From a virus (Duplodnaviria > Heunggongvirae > Uroviricota > Caudoviricetes), in IMG/VR virus record IMGVR_UViG_2703718823_000011: a stretch of DNA of 39,014 bases. One strand, written 5' to 3'. Positions 9,383 to 17,912 of this stretch are shown piece after piece. Numbering within the stretch: position 1 is the stretch's first letter; the number at the start of each line of letters is the position of its first letter. The position numbers were made by a program, and so were the translations under genes. The notes under the pieces were generated by a model. That model was not told where the DNA came from. It saw only the letters and a list, made by a program, of their open reading frames with translations, and ran no database searches.

Positions 9383-9415
9383 AAATCCCGCCACAGTGCG
9401 GGATTTTATTTTTCC
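9383..9415 (+). terminator. Intrinsic terminator hairpin, copy 1
   Basis: AAATCCCGC-cacagt-GCGGGATTT (9 bp stem) followed by TATTTTTCC; sits 4 nt after the gemA stop and overlaps the stop of the minus-strand gene. Confidence 0.6.
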
Positions 9416-9828
9416 TGAATTTCCGTTTCTGACGGGATTATGCAACCAATTGTTTCATCTGGTTTTTCATATAACGCTATCAATTTAGCCAGCTCATCAG
9501 CATCAAAGTTATAAAATTCAGTTTGTTTAGTTGTCTCCTGATAGTGTTCCCAGCTACGAACAATGACGCTACGAATAACTTTCTTTTCCGGGGGTGTTTG
9601 TTTTGTTGGTTTACGATGTAACCACGTCTGAAACATACTGGCTAATGCCTGCCAGAACCCATCGCATGAAGCTGCGGCCAGAACGATCAATACAATATCG
9701 CTTCCGGCAGCACTAAGTGTTGCTGCTTCTATATTATGATTTGTAAGTTTATACTCTTTCGCCAGATCATTGAGTTCATGGGCCAGTTCTGGTGGGCACG
9801 ATAAAAGCAAAGATGGAGGTTGTTTCAT
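9406..9828 (-). CDS. Hypothetical protein encoded by an opposite-strand moron
   Basis: 140 aa ORF in an AT-rich segment; AAGGAAG ribosome-binding site; candidate sigma70 promoter TTGATC-17-TATGAT on the minus strand around 10032-10060. Confidence 0.6.
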   Translation of the reverse strand: MKQPPSLLLSCPPELAHELNDLAKEYKLTNHNIEAATLSAAGSDIVLIVLAAASCDGFWQALASMFQTWLHRKPTKQTPPEKKVIRSVIVRSWEHYQETTKQTEFYNFDADELAKLIALYEKPDETIGCIIPSETEIQEK

Positions 9829-10063
9829 GGATATCTTCCTTTATTCCGGTGGAACGCTGTCAGGCAGACTGAAATTATTTGTTTTTGCACTGGAGCAAGC
9901 CTGGTGTGCTTTAAGAGTTGGGATAATTGGTTTTCATGTTGATGAAACAACAATAACCCGCAATATGCACAAGCTTTTTGATAAGAAAAACTCCTTCAGG
10001 GTTTGTATTTTTAAAAATAAAAACGATCTTTATCATATAGTTACACCGGAAAATGATCAATAA
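9827..10063 (+). CDS. Possible small ORF (78 aa) divergent from the moron gene
   Basis: ATG at 9827 with GGAGG 7 nt upstream; shares the tetranucleotide CATG (9826-9829) with the minus-strand start; ends 40 nt before hairpin copy 2. May be spurious. Confidence 0.3.
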   Translation: MDIFLYSGGTLSGRLKLFVFALEQAWCALRVGIIGFHVDETTITRNMHKLFDKKNSFRVCIFKNKNDLYHIVTPENDQ

Positions 10064-10102
10064 ATACACAGCTCATTTCGGGTTATGATTTACAGCGCCT
10101 CT

Positions 10103-10135
10103 AAATCCCGCCACAGCGCGGGATTTTTATTTTAA
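10103..10135 (+). terminator. Intrinsic terminator hairpin, copy 2 (near-identical direct repeat of copy 1)
   Basis: AAATCCCGC-cacagc-GCGGGATTT followed by TTATTTTAAA; one mismatch versus the copy at 9383. Confidence 0.55.
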
Positions 10136-10168
10136 ACTTGCCCTGTGTAATGATGACCGGAGGCGGGT

Positions 10169-10591
10169 ATGGCTGAAACACAGATGAGCATGTTTGGTGA
10201 CAGCGAACAGCTGCACGCGCTGATTGACCGTCTGGATGACATTCCTGATGATGAGCTGAAAAAGAACTGGCCCGGCACGCTGCGGGACCTGGTTGATGTG
10301 ATCAGTGCTGAACTGCACCGTCAGGGGATTGAACCTGCTCAGGCAGGAATGCTTGCCCGTAAAGTTGCGGCCGCACAGGCCGGGTACATGGGCGGGCGTG
10401 GTTATTATCTCCCGGTCGGTGAATCCCTTTTCACCGAACTGCGCAATAATGAGATTTTTTCCCGCTGGAGCCAGGGCGAAAAAATTGAAACCCTGCGCCG
10501 CCATTACAGGATGTCAGAAACCCAGATTTATACCGTCATACGCGAACAGCGCCGTCTGCATCTGGCAAGAACGCAACCGCCACTTTTCTGA
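10169..10591 (+). CDS. Mor/C-family transcriptional activator
   Basis: 140 aa; GGAGG ribosome-binding site; C-terminal helix-turn-helix region (GGRGYYLP...ETLRRHYRMSETQIYTVIREQRR) resembles Mu Mor/C; last gene before the lysis cassette. Confidence 0.8.
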   Translation: MAETQMSMFGDSEQLHALIDRLDDIPDDELKKNWPGTLRDLVDVISAELHRQGIEPAQAGMLARKVAAAQAGYMGGRGYYLPVGESLFTELRNNEIFSRWSQGEKIETLRRHYRMSETQIYTVIREQRRLHLARTQPPLF

Positions 10592-10662
10592 TATTCCGCA
10601 AAGCCTGCCGCCTTTCCTTCACCGTTACGCTGACTCAGAGAACATCATGAGACAGCGTAACA

Positions 10663-11163
10663 ATGCCAAAACTCCCCGCACCACTGCGTAAAAAGCTGAT
10701 TGCCCTTGTTCTGGCCGGTGCCGGGACGTTCACGATTGCCACGCATTACACCGGTTACTGGGAAGGGAAAGAAAACTCCACGTATATCGATCCCACCGGT
10801 ACACCAACCATCTGTTACGGCCATACCGGCCCGGATGTGAAACCGGGTATGACCCTGACGGATGAAGAATGCCTGGAACTACTGGAAAAGGACATGAAAT
10901 GGGCCTTTGCGGCCATTGATCGGCGTGTTCAGGTGCCGCTTACCCGTGGTCAGACGGTGGCGCTGGCTTCGTGGATCTTCTGGGCTGGTGAAACGAACTT
11001 CCGCAACTCCACGCTTCTGCGCCTGATCAATGCCGGGCAGATGCCCGCGTCCTGTAAGCAGTACATCCGCTGGATTTATTCGAAGGGGGTGAAACTCCCC
11101 GGTCTTGAGGCCCGCCGTTCGGCGGATGAATGGTTATGTCGCTACGATTTGCCGAAAGTCTGA
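10663..11163 (+). CDS. SAR endolysin (lysozyme-like with N-terminal signal-arrest-release domain)
   Basis: 166 aa; Gly/Ala-rich weakly hydrophobic N-terminus LIALVLAGAGTFTIATHY, then a lysozyme motif (YxDPxGxPTICYGHTG) typical of phage T4/P22-type lysozymes. Confidence 0.85.
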   Translation: MPKLPAPLRKKLIALVLAGAGTFTIATHYTGYWEGKENSTYIDPTGTPTICYGHTGPDVKPGMTLTDEECLELLEKDMKWAFAAIDRRVQVPLTRGQTVALASWIFWAGETNFRNSTLLRLINAGQMPASCKQYIRWIYSKGVKLPGLEARRSADEWLCRYDLPKV

Positions 11164-11275
11164 ACCGCTTCTGGCGACCGCTCATGATTGCGCTGCTGTG
11201 TGCCGTTGTGCTGCTGCGGGGTGTGCTGTGGCTGCGGTGAATAATCCCTTACCGGCCCTGATTGCCGGAGGCTGT

Positions 11276-11626
11276 ATGGCGGCGCTGGGGGTGATGAGCG
11301 TGCTGGCTGCCGTGGTATGGGGAATGCACCAGAAGACGCAGCGCCTTGAGGACAATAATCATGTGCTTGTGCGCGAACGGGACGAAGCCCGTCTGGTGCT
11401 GGCAAACCAGCAACGCACCCTGCAACTCATTTCACAAATCAGTGAGGCGGCCACGAATGAAAAACAACAGAACATTCAGCACAGCGAGGGGCAGCAGAGC
11501 GTTGTCCGCCGGTCGCTGGCAGCAGTGCCTGCGGCCTCTGCCCCTGTTCCTGATGATGTGGCTGATCGGGTGCGCCGGGCCGTCTGTGAAATACGTGCCT
11601 GTGAAGCCGGTGCCGATCCCCGCTGA
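11276..11626 (+). CDS. i-spanin (Rz-like)
   Basis: N-terminal transmembrane segment MAALGVMSVLAAVVWGM followed by charged coiled-coil-like sequence; GGAGG upstream; track ORF starts at TTG 11105. Confidence 0.6.
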   Translation: MAALGVMSVLAAVVWGMHQKTQRLEDNNHVLVRERDEARLVLANQQRTLQLISQISEAATNEKQQNIQHSEGQQSVVRRSLAAVPAASAPVPDDVADRVRRAVCEIRACEAGADPR

Positions 11627-11828
11627 ATGGCTGGCTGACTGCCTGGTGCCTCCTGCGCCGGAGCCGTTCACGTTTGGGGCATCGGTCACTTACAACCTGC
11701 AACTGCTGGCGGTGATCAAGAACTGCAACGTGGACAAGGCCAGTATTCGTCGTCTGGAGGCGCGGCGACAACATGAATTTACTGATATGGCCGGAACGCC
11801 TGCTGTTCCGGCAGGAAAGACGAAGTAA
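11457..11828 (+). CDS. o-spanin (Rz1-like lipoprotein), overlapping the i-spanin in another frame
   Basis: ATG 11457 in the +1 frame of the i-spanin; signal sequence ending in lipobox-like LIGC followed by a Pro-rich region. Confidence 0.6.
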   Translation: MKNNRTFSTARGSRALSAGRWQQCLRPLPLFLMMWLIGCAGPSVKYVPVKPVPIPAEWLADCLVPPAPEPFTFGASVTYNLQLLAVIKNCNVDKASIRRLEARRQHEFTDMAGTPAVPAGKTK

Positions 11829-11837
11829 GGAAAAGCT

Positions 11838-12065
11838 ATGGATGATTCAGATCGTGCTCAGGCTGTGATGGAGCGGGGATCAGAACGCGCCCTTTGTAAC
11901 CGGCTGACACGTAAGTGCCGGGCAATGGATGCTCCGGGCAGACGTGTCTGCGCAGACTGTGGCGGAGAGATCCCCGCCGCACGTCTTGTTGCTGTGCCGG
12001 ATGCCATCCGTTGTGTGAACTGCCAGAACATCATGGAGGCCCGTCATGTGGGTCAGCATCGTTAA
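11838..12065 (+). CDS. TraR/DksA-type C4 zinc-finger protein
   Basis: 75 aa; CADCGGEIP...CVNCQ four-cysteine motif; AAGGAAAAG ribosome-binding site. Confidence 0.75.
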   Translation: MDDSDRAQAVMERGSERALCNRLTRKCRAMDAPGRRVCADCGGEIPAARLVAVPDAIRCVNCQNIMEARHVGQHR

Positions 12066-12354
12066 AGATTATGTGGTGCCGATCCTTTCGGCGACGGCAA
12101 CCGCTGGCGGGATATTCATGGCGCTGATGCGCAAAACGTTTGTCCCCCGCGAGGCCTTTGAAAAACTCTCCGACCGCGTTGAGAAGGTGGAAACCCGCCT
12201 GTCGTCACTGCCGACAGAAGCCGAGGTCAACCGTCTGAATGTGGAAATCGTGACCCTGCGGGGTGAACTGAAAACCACGAACGCCACGCTCCGCTCTGTC
12301 TCCTATCAGAACGAACTGCTGCTGGAGCAGGCTGTAAGGAAAAAAACGCAATGA
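12046..12354 (+). CDS. Small membrane/coiled-coil protein (Mu gp25-like by position)
   Basis: 102 aa; N-terminal hydrophobic segment then a heptad-like charged region. Confidence 0.55.
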   Translation: MWVSIVKDYVVPILSATATAGGIFMALMRKTFVPREAFEKLSDRVEKVETRLSSLPTEAEVNRLNVEIVTLRGELKTTNATLRSVSYQNELLLEQAVRKKTQ

Positions 12355-12641
12355 GTGATTTCATTACTGAAGATCAGCGTCTGGTCATTCTGCGGTCGCT
12401 GGCAGATTACAACGGTGAACTGGGTGAATCCGTGCTCCAGGACTGTCTGGATGATTACGGTCACCGCGTGTCCCGCGACACCGTTCACACCCACATTGCC
12501 TGGCTTGCCGAACAGGGACTGGTGCGCAAACGCGTTCTGATTAACGGTTATTTCATCGCAGAGCTGACCGGCCGGGGGCAGGATGTGGCGGAAGGCCGCG
12601 CCAGTGTTCCGGGTGTGAAGAAACCACGCGCAAGGGGGTAA
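12351..12641 (+). CDS. Conserved Mu-like late protein (gp26 position)
   Basis: 96 aa ORF, translationally coupled. Confidence 0.55.
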   Translation: MSDFITEDQRLVILRSLADYNGELGESVLQDCLDDYGHRVSRDTVHTHIAWLAEQGLVRKRVLINGYFIAELTGRGQDVAEGRASVPGVKKPRARG

Positions 12642-12643
12642 CG

Positions 12644-13225
12644 ATGGACAAGCCGACGCGTGGCCGCGTGCGCAAGGTGGATTTGCTCCCCGACAGCATC
12701 CGTAAGCCGCTGCTGGAAATGCTGCGTGAAAAACGTCTGACGCAGGTCCAGATCCGCGAGGAAATCAACCGTCTGATCCGCGAGGCAGGCCTGCCGGAAG
12801 AGCAGCAGCTTTCACCGGCGGCCATCAGCCGGGAAGCCTCCCGTAATGAGCTGATTGCCCGCAATCTGCGTGATTTGCGCGAGCAGACAAAAGCCATGAT
12901 GGCTGAACTGGGGGATAAGCCGACCGGTGAAACTACGGCGCTGATTCTGGAGATGTCCCGTGCCCTGATGTACCGCCGTCTGCGTGCCGCGACCGAATCC
13001 CTGAACAGTGACAGCGACGTGGATATGCGTCTTATTAAGGACATCCTCCTGTCGGCACAGCGTGCGGAAAGTGCCGCCGAGCGCAGCATTAAGCGTGAAA
13101 AAGAAATCCGGGCCGCATTTGCTGAAGAGATGGCAAACGCGGTCACCGACGAGCTGCGCGGCGTGGACGGGATGAGTGAACAGCTTGAGTCCCGTATTAA
13201 GGGGATTCTGTTGGGTAAAGCCTGA
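12644..13225 (+). CDS. Terminase small-subunit-like DNA-binding protein (Mu gp27 position)
   Basis: 193 aa, basic N-terminus, directly upstream of and overlapping the large terminase gene. Confidence 0.65.
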   Translation: MDKPTRGRVRKVDLLPDSIRKPLLEMLREKRLTQVQIREEINRLIREAGLPEEQQLSPAAISREASRNELIARNLRDLREQTKAMMAELGDKPTGETTALILEMSRALMYRRLRAATESLNSDSDVDMRLIKDILLSAQRAESAAERSIKREKEIRAAFAEEMANAVTDELRGVDGMSEQLESRIKGILLGKA

Positions 13226-14889
13226 TGAATAACGCCGAAGAACTCTCACCCTTACTGACGAATACCGTCTCCACCCGCAAAATTGATCTGGCCGGTGAAA
13301 AAGCCCTGCTGGGCGTGGATGTGCCGGACAGCCTTGATTTGCCCGGTGATATGCCGGTGTTTCTGGATTATCAGGCCCGCTGGTTTGAGGATGAAAGCGA
13401 GGTCTGCATCGCGGAAAAATCCCGCCGTACCGGGCTTACCTGGGCGGAAGCCGGGCGTAACGTCATTACCGCTGCAAAACCGAAGCGGCGCGGTGGCCGC
13501 AATGTGTTTTATGTGGGGTCAAAGCAGGAGATGGCGCTGGAATATATTTCTGCCTGCGCCCTGTTCTCCCGTGCCTTTAACCAGCTGGCAGATGCTGATG
13601 TGTATGAGCAGACCTTCTGGGATCGGGATAAAAAAGAAGAAATTCTGACCTACATGATCCGCTTTCCGAACAGTGGATTCAAAATTCAGGCACTGTCTTC
13701 CCGTCCGTCAAACCTGCGCGGCCTTCAGGGAGATGTGGTGATTGATGAAGCCGCGTTCCACGAGTCACTGGATGAGCTTCTCAAGGCGGCAATGGCGCTT
13801 ACCATGTGGGGCGCGCGCGTGCGTATTATCTCCACGCATAACGGCGTCGATAATCTGTTTAATCAGTACATTCAGGAAGCCCGCGAGGGACGCAAGGATT
13901 ACAGCGTCCACCGCATAACCCTGGATGATGCCATTGCGGACGGGCTGTACCGTCGTATCTGTTATGTCACCGGCCGCGAATGGTCACCGGAAAGCGAGCA
14001 GAAGTGGCGTGATGATCTCTACAAAAACGCCCCGACCCGTGAGGATGCCGACGAGGAATACGGCTGTATCCCGAAAAAATCCGGCGGTGCCTATATTCCT
14101 CACGCACTTATTGAAATGGCGATGATCCGCGACATCCCGATTCTGACGTTTGAAGCCCCGGACGACTTCATCAGCCGTGCCGCATGGCTGCGTGAATCGG
14201 AAGTTTTAACCTGGTGTGAAGAACATTTAAAACCGCTTTTAGAGGCGTTAAATCCCCGTTCCCGCTTCAGCTTCGGGGAAGACTTTGCCCGCACCGGTGA
14301 CCTCTCCTGCTTTGTGCTGCTGGAAATCACCGAATCCCTGGCAAAACGTGAGGTGTTTCGCGTGGAGCTGCGCAACTTGCCGTATGCCCAGCAGGAGCAG
14401 GTGATGATGTACATCCTGACCCGCGTTCCGGCCCTGGTTGGTGCAGCGTTTGACGCCACCGGTAACGGCGGCTATCTGGCAGAAGCCGCGCTGCTGGCCT
14501 TTGGTCCGGACATCATCGACTGCGTGATGTTGTCGCCGAAGTGGTACGGCGAGTGGATGCCAAAACTGAAAGCCGAGTTTGAAGATCAGAATATCCTCGT
14601 CGCCCGCCATCAGACCACGCTTGATGATTTGCGCCATGTGAAGGTGGTGAATGGTATCCCGCAAATCGACAAGGGGCGCACGAAGGACCAGAACGCAACG
14701 GCTGCGAACGCCCGCCGCCATGGTGATTTTGCCGTGGCACTCTGTATGGCAAACCGGGCGTCATACATGGAGGGTTTCATCCTGGATGAATCAGCCTGTC
14801 AGGCGCTGCCGGAGCGGTCGCGGGCAATGGAGGGCGGTTATCGTGATGACGATGAGGCATATCATGAATTTGATCGGGGGTGCTGGTAG
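13225..14889 (+). CDS. Terminase large subunit (Mu gp28-like)
   Basis: 554 aa; synteny (small subunit, large subunit, portal) and size. Confidence 0.8.
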   Translation: MNNAEELSPLLTNTVSTRKIDLAGEKALLGVDVPDSLDLPGDMPVFLDYQARWFEDESEVCIAEKSRRTGLTWAEAGRNVITAAKPKRRGGRNVFYVGSKQEMALEYISACALFSRAFNQLADADVYEQTFWDRDKKEEILTYMIRFPNSGFKIQALSSRPSNLRGLQGDVVIDEAAFHESLDELLKAAMALTMWGARVRIISTHNGVDNLFNQYIQEAREGRKDYSVHRITLDDAIADGLYRRICYVTGREWSPESEQKWRDDLYKNAPTREDADEEYGCIPKKSGGAYIPHALIEMAMIRDIPILTFEAPDDFISRAAWLRESEVLTWCEEHLKPLLEALNPRSRFSFGEDFARTGDLSCFVLLEITESLAKREVFRVELRNLPYAQQEQVMMYILTRVPALVGAAFDATGNGGYLAEAALLAFGPDIIDCVMLSPKWYGEWMPKLKAEFEDQNILVARHQTTLDDLRHVKVVNGIPQIDKGRTKDQNATAANARRHGDFAVALCMANRASYMEGFILDESACQALPERSRAMEGGYRDDDEAYHEFDRGCW

Positions 14890-16478
14890 TGGGACGCATA
14901 ATTGATCTTGACGGAAAACCTTTCTCCTTTGACCCGGAGATGCAAAGTACCGCGCTGGATATTCCGCAGATTGCCAGCCGTTATGTTGAGCATCCCGCCT
15001 CGGGTATCACCCCGAACCGGGCGGCGCAGTGCCTTCGCGGGGCTGAACGTGGCGATCTGATTGCCCAGTCCGATCTGGCGGCTGACATTGAAGAAAAGGA
15101 CACCCACCTTTTTGCGGAGCTGGGCAAGCGACGTCTTGCCATTCAGGGGGTGCCATGGAGCATTGAGCCGCCACCGAACGCCAGCGCGAATGAGAAAAAG
15201 GACGCGGAAATGCTCGACGAATATCTGCATTCCGCAGACTGGTTTGATGCCATGCTGTTTGACGCCACGGATGCCATCCTGAAGGGCTATTCCTGCATGG
15301 AAATTGAGCACGGGATGCTCGGTAAAATGCACATCATCCGCGCCATCCGCTGGCGTGACAGCGGGCATTTCTGCCTTAACCCGGATGATTTGAGCGAACT
15401 GCGACTGCGTGACGGCAGCCATGCCGGGGTGGCGTTTCAGCCCTTTGGCTGGATAGTGCATCAGTCGCGTTCACGCACCGGCTACGGTGGTGCGACGGGG
15501 CTTGTCAGAACGCTTATCTGGCCGTTCATTTTCAAAAACTATTCCGTGCGCGATCTGGCTGAATTTCTGGAGGTGTACGGCCTGCCGATGAAGGTCGGTA
15601 AATACCCGTCCGGGGCAACACCGGAGCAGAAAAGCGCCCTGATGCGGGCGGTGATGGATATCGGGCGACGTACAGGCGGGATCATCCCGGCCGGGATGTC
15701 GCTGGAGTTTCAGGCAGCCGCGAACGGTCAGGCCGATCCGTTTGAAACCATGATTTCGTGGGGGGAGCGTTCCATCTCCAAAGCTATCCTCGGCGGCACG
15801 CTGACCACGGAAGCCGGAGACAAGGGCGCGCGCTCGCTGGGTGAAGTGCATAACGAGGTGCGCCGGGAAATCAGGGATTCTGATTTACGTCAGCTGGCCG
15901 CCACGCTGAACCGCGATCTGGTGTATCCGCTGTATGCCCTGAACACCGCCCACGCCATTGATATCCGTCGCCTGCCGCGTATCTGTTTCCAGACAAAAGA
16001 GCCGGGGGATATCACCAAAATCACCAGTGCGGTGATGCAGCTCAGTATGGGGATGGATATTCCTGATCCCTGGGTACGGGAGCAGACCGGTATTCCACAG
16101 CCTGCCCCCGGTGAAGCCATCTTCCGTGTCCGTCAGAGTGGCAATGAACCTGCTCAGACAGACAAAGAGATGCCACCGGAAAAACAGGAGAAGACAGAGC
16201 AGACAGCGCTGGCTGCCAGACTGCCGGAAGCGAAAAGCAGCCCCCGAGATGAACTGGACGACATGGGGGATGCGGTGCCTGCCCGCCGGTTACAGGAGGC
16301 CATCGACCCGGTACTGGAGCCGGTCATTGATGCCATCAGAACGCGGGGGCTGGCGGATGCGCTGGCAGACCTGCCTGCCCTTTATCGTGAAATGGATGAT
16401 TCCCGCCTGATGACGCTGCTCAGTGATGCCATGTTCGCTGCGGAAATGAAGGGGATGCTGGATGGCTCAGGGGATTGA
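14880..16478 (+). CDS. Portal protein (Mu gp29-like)
   Basis: 532 aa following the terminase; track start is GTG, true start may be the ATG at 14940. Confidence 0.8.
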   Translation: MLVVGRIIDLDGKPFSFDPEMQSTALDIPQIASRYVEHPASGITPNRAAQCLRGAERGDLIAQSDLAADIEEKDTHLFAELGKRRLAIQGVPWSIEPPPNASANEKKDAEMLDEYLHSADWFDAMLFDATDAILKGYSCMEIEHGMLGKMHIIRAIRWRDSGHFCLNPDDLSELRLRDGSHAGVAFQPFGWIVHQSRSRTGYGGATGLVRTLIWPFIFKNYSVRDLAEFLEVYGLPMKVGKYPSGATPEQKSALMRAVMDIGRRTGGIIPAGMSLEFQAAANGQADPFETMISWGERSISKAILGGTLTTEAGDKGARSLGEVHNEVRREIRDSDLRQLAATLNRDLVYPLYALNTAHAIDIRRLPRICFQTKEPGDITKITSAVMQLSMGMDIPDPWVREQTGIPQPAPGEAIFRVRQSGNEPAQTDKEMPPEKQEKTEQTALAARLPEAKSSPRDELDDMGDAVPARRLQEAIDPVLEPVIDAIRTRGLADALADLPALYREMDDSRLMTLLSDAMFAAEMKGMLDGSGD

Positions 16479-17787
16479 TTTAGGTTATGCCGCTACCCTT
16501 CCCTCAAAAGAGGCGGTGGCATACTTCCGCGCCAAAGGGGCGCATATCAGCTGGAACTGGTTCGAAACAAACGCAGATGTTCATGCCCGTTCATTCACGG
16601 CGGCAAAAGTGGCACGCCTGGACGTACTGACCACACTACAGGCGGAAGTGCAGCGTGCTGTTGATGAGGGGATTTCACAGAAAGCATTTATCCGCACACT
16701 GACACCCCGCCTGCAAAAGCTGGGATGGTGGGGAAAGCAGATTGTGGTGGACAGCGCCGGTAACGCAGAAGAAGTACAACTGGGCAGTCCCCGCCGACTG
16801 GCGCTGATTTACAACGTGAACACCCGCGTGGCTTACAATGCCGGGCGTTACACGCAGATGATGAACAACACGGAGACGCATCCGTTCTGGCAGTATGTGG
16901 CTGTGATGGACAGCCGCACCCGTCCGGCGCATTCCGCCCTTAACGGGCTGGTATTCCGCTATGACGATCCGTTCTGGAATACACACTACCCGCCCAATGG
17001 CTGGAACTGCCGCTGCCGTGTGCGGCCATTGTCTCAGGCCCGTCTGGATGCGATGGGACTCTCTGTTTCATCTGGTCAGGATCATCTCTCCACCCGCAAT
17101 GTTGAGGCTGGCGTGGATAAGCAGACCGGGGAAGTCAGAGAAATGCCGGTGACCACATATTCAGATGGCACCAGAACCATGACACCGGATGTGGGCTGGT
17201 CATATAACCCCGGTTCGGCGGCGTTCGGCACAGACCAGGCGCTGATCCGTAAACTGATCGAGGTGAAAAGCCCGGCGTTACGGGAAATGGTGGTTCAGGA
17301 GATGAACAACAGCCCGGAGCGGCAGCTGGCGTTCCGCATCTGGGCAAAAAACATCATGAAAACCCGGCGAGGCGGTAACGATATCCGCACGCTGGGCTTT
17401 ATGACCGAAAGTATTGCGCAGGCGGTGGAAAGCCGGACGGGAACGCCACCGGCCCGCCTGCTGGCGATGAGCGGTAAAAATGTGCTCCATGCGGACAGCG
17501 TGAAACATCAGAATGACGGTATCGCCCTGACGCCGGAGGATTTCGGGCGATTACCGGCAATGCTGGCCGCGCCTGATGCCGTGCTGTGGGATAATGTCCA
17601 TCAGAATCTGCTTTACATCACTGAAACCCGTGACGGAACGGCAAAGATTGCCGTCAATGCGCCTTATAGTGTGAAACGTCAGCCGGATAAGCTGGATGTG
17701 GTGATTAATGCCTACAGAGTGAGCAGGAATACTCTGATTGATGCTGTTCAGGGAGGTAAGATGGAGATCCTCGAAGGGAAATTGTAA
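16462..17787 (+). CDS. Mu F-like minor head / head morphogenesis protein
   Basis: 441 aa after the portal; NCRCRVRP motif typical of the Mu F / SPP1 gp7 family. Confidence 0.8.
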   Translation: MAQGIDLGYAATLPSKEAVAYFRAKGAHISWNWFETNADVHARSFTAAKVARLDVLTTLQAEVQRAVDEGISQKAFIRTLTPRLQKLGWWGKQIVVDSAGNAEEVQLGSPRRLALIYNVNTRVAYNAGRYTQMMNNTETHPFWQYVAVMDSRTRPAHSALNGLVFRYDDPFWNTHYPPNGWNCRCRVRPLSQARLDAMGLSVSSGQDHLSTRNVEAGVDKQTGEVREMPVTTYSDGTRTMTPDVGWSYNPGSAAFGTDQALIRKLIEVKSPALREMVVQEMNNSPERQLAFRIWAKNIMKTRRGGNDIRTLGFMTESIAQAVESRTGTPPARLLAMSGKNVLHADSVKHQNDGIALTPEDFGRLPAMLAAPDAVLWDNVHQNLLYITETRDGTAKIAVNAPYSVKRQPDKLDVVINAYRVSRNTLIDAVQGGKMEILEGKL

Positions 17788-17874
17788 GTCGGTGGTGGGG
17801 GTCGAACCCACATAAACATCCTTCGGGTGAAGATATCCCTCAGGTGCCGCTTTACCAGTTAAGAGTACACCGAC
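17788..17874 (-). tRNA. tRNA-like element (class II-like length; isotype not assignable)
   Basis: Minus-strand read GTCGGTG...GTGGG-TTCGACC-CCCAC-CACCGAC: perfect 7 bp acceptor stem and 5 bp T-stem with a TTCGA loop; 87 nt. D and anticodon arms do not fold canonically (best anticodon loop CUGAGGG has a poor stem); no encoded CCA. Confidence 0.35.
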
Positions 17875-17912
17875 CTGCTTTTATTTTAACCAGGTAGTTT
17901 CACGGAGGCAAT

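Noticed and set aside
9770-10063. Track ORF of 97 aa on the + strand beginning inside the minus-strand moron gene
   Set aside because: The first 19 codons overlap the better-supported minus-strand gene; only the part from ATG 9827 has a ribosome-binding site, so it was listed separately at low confidence.
11184-11240. 18-codon hydrophobic mini-ORF (MIALLCAVVLLRGVLWLR) just after the endolysin stop
   Set aside because: No convincing ribosome-binding site and too short to call; kept only as a note in the lysis-cassette finding.
12553-13249. Minus-strand ORFs (197 and 145 aa) overlapping the terminase small-subunit-like gene
   Set aside because: Antisense to a well-placed + strand gene; Arg/Ser-rich translation typical of GC-rich shadow frames.
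17788-17874. Assigning an isotype (e.g. Leu-GAG from a CUGAGGG loop, or a CCC anticodon from an alternative fold) to the tRNA-like element
   Set aside because: Neither fold gives a canonical anticodon stem together with a canonical D-arm, so any isotype call would be a guess.
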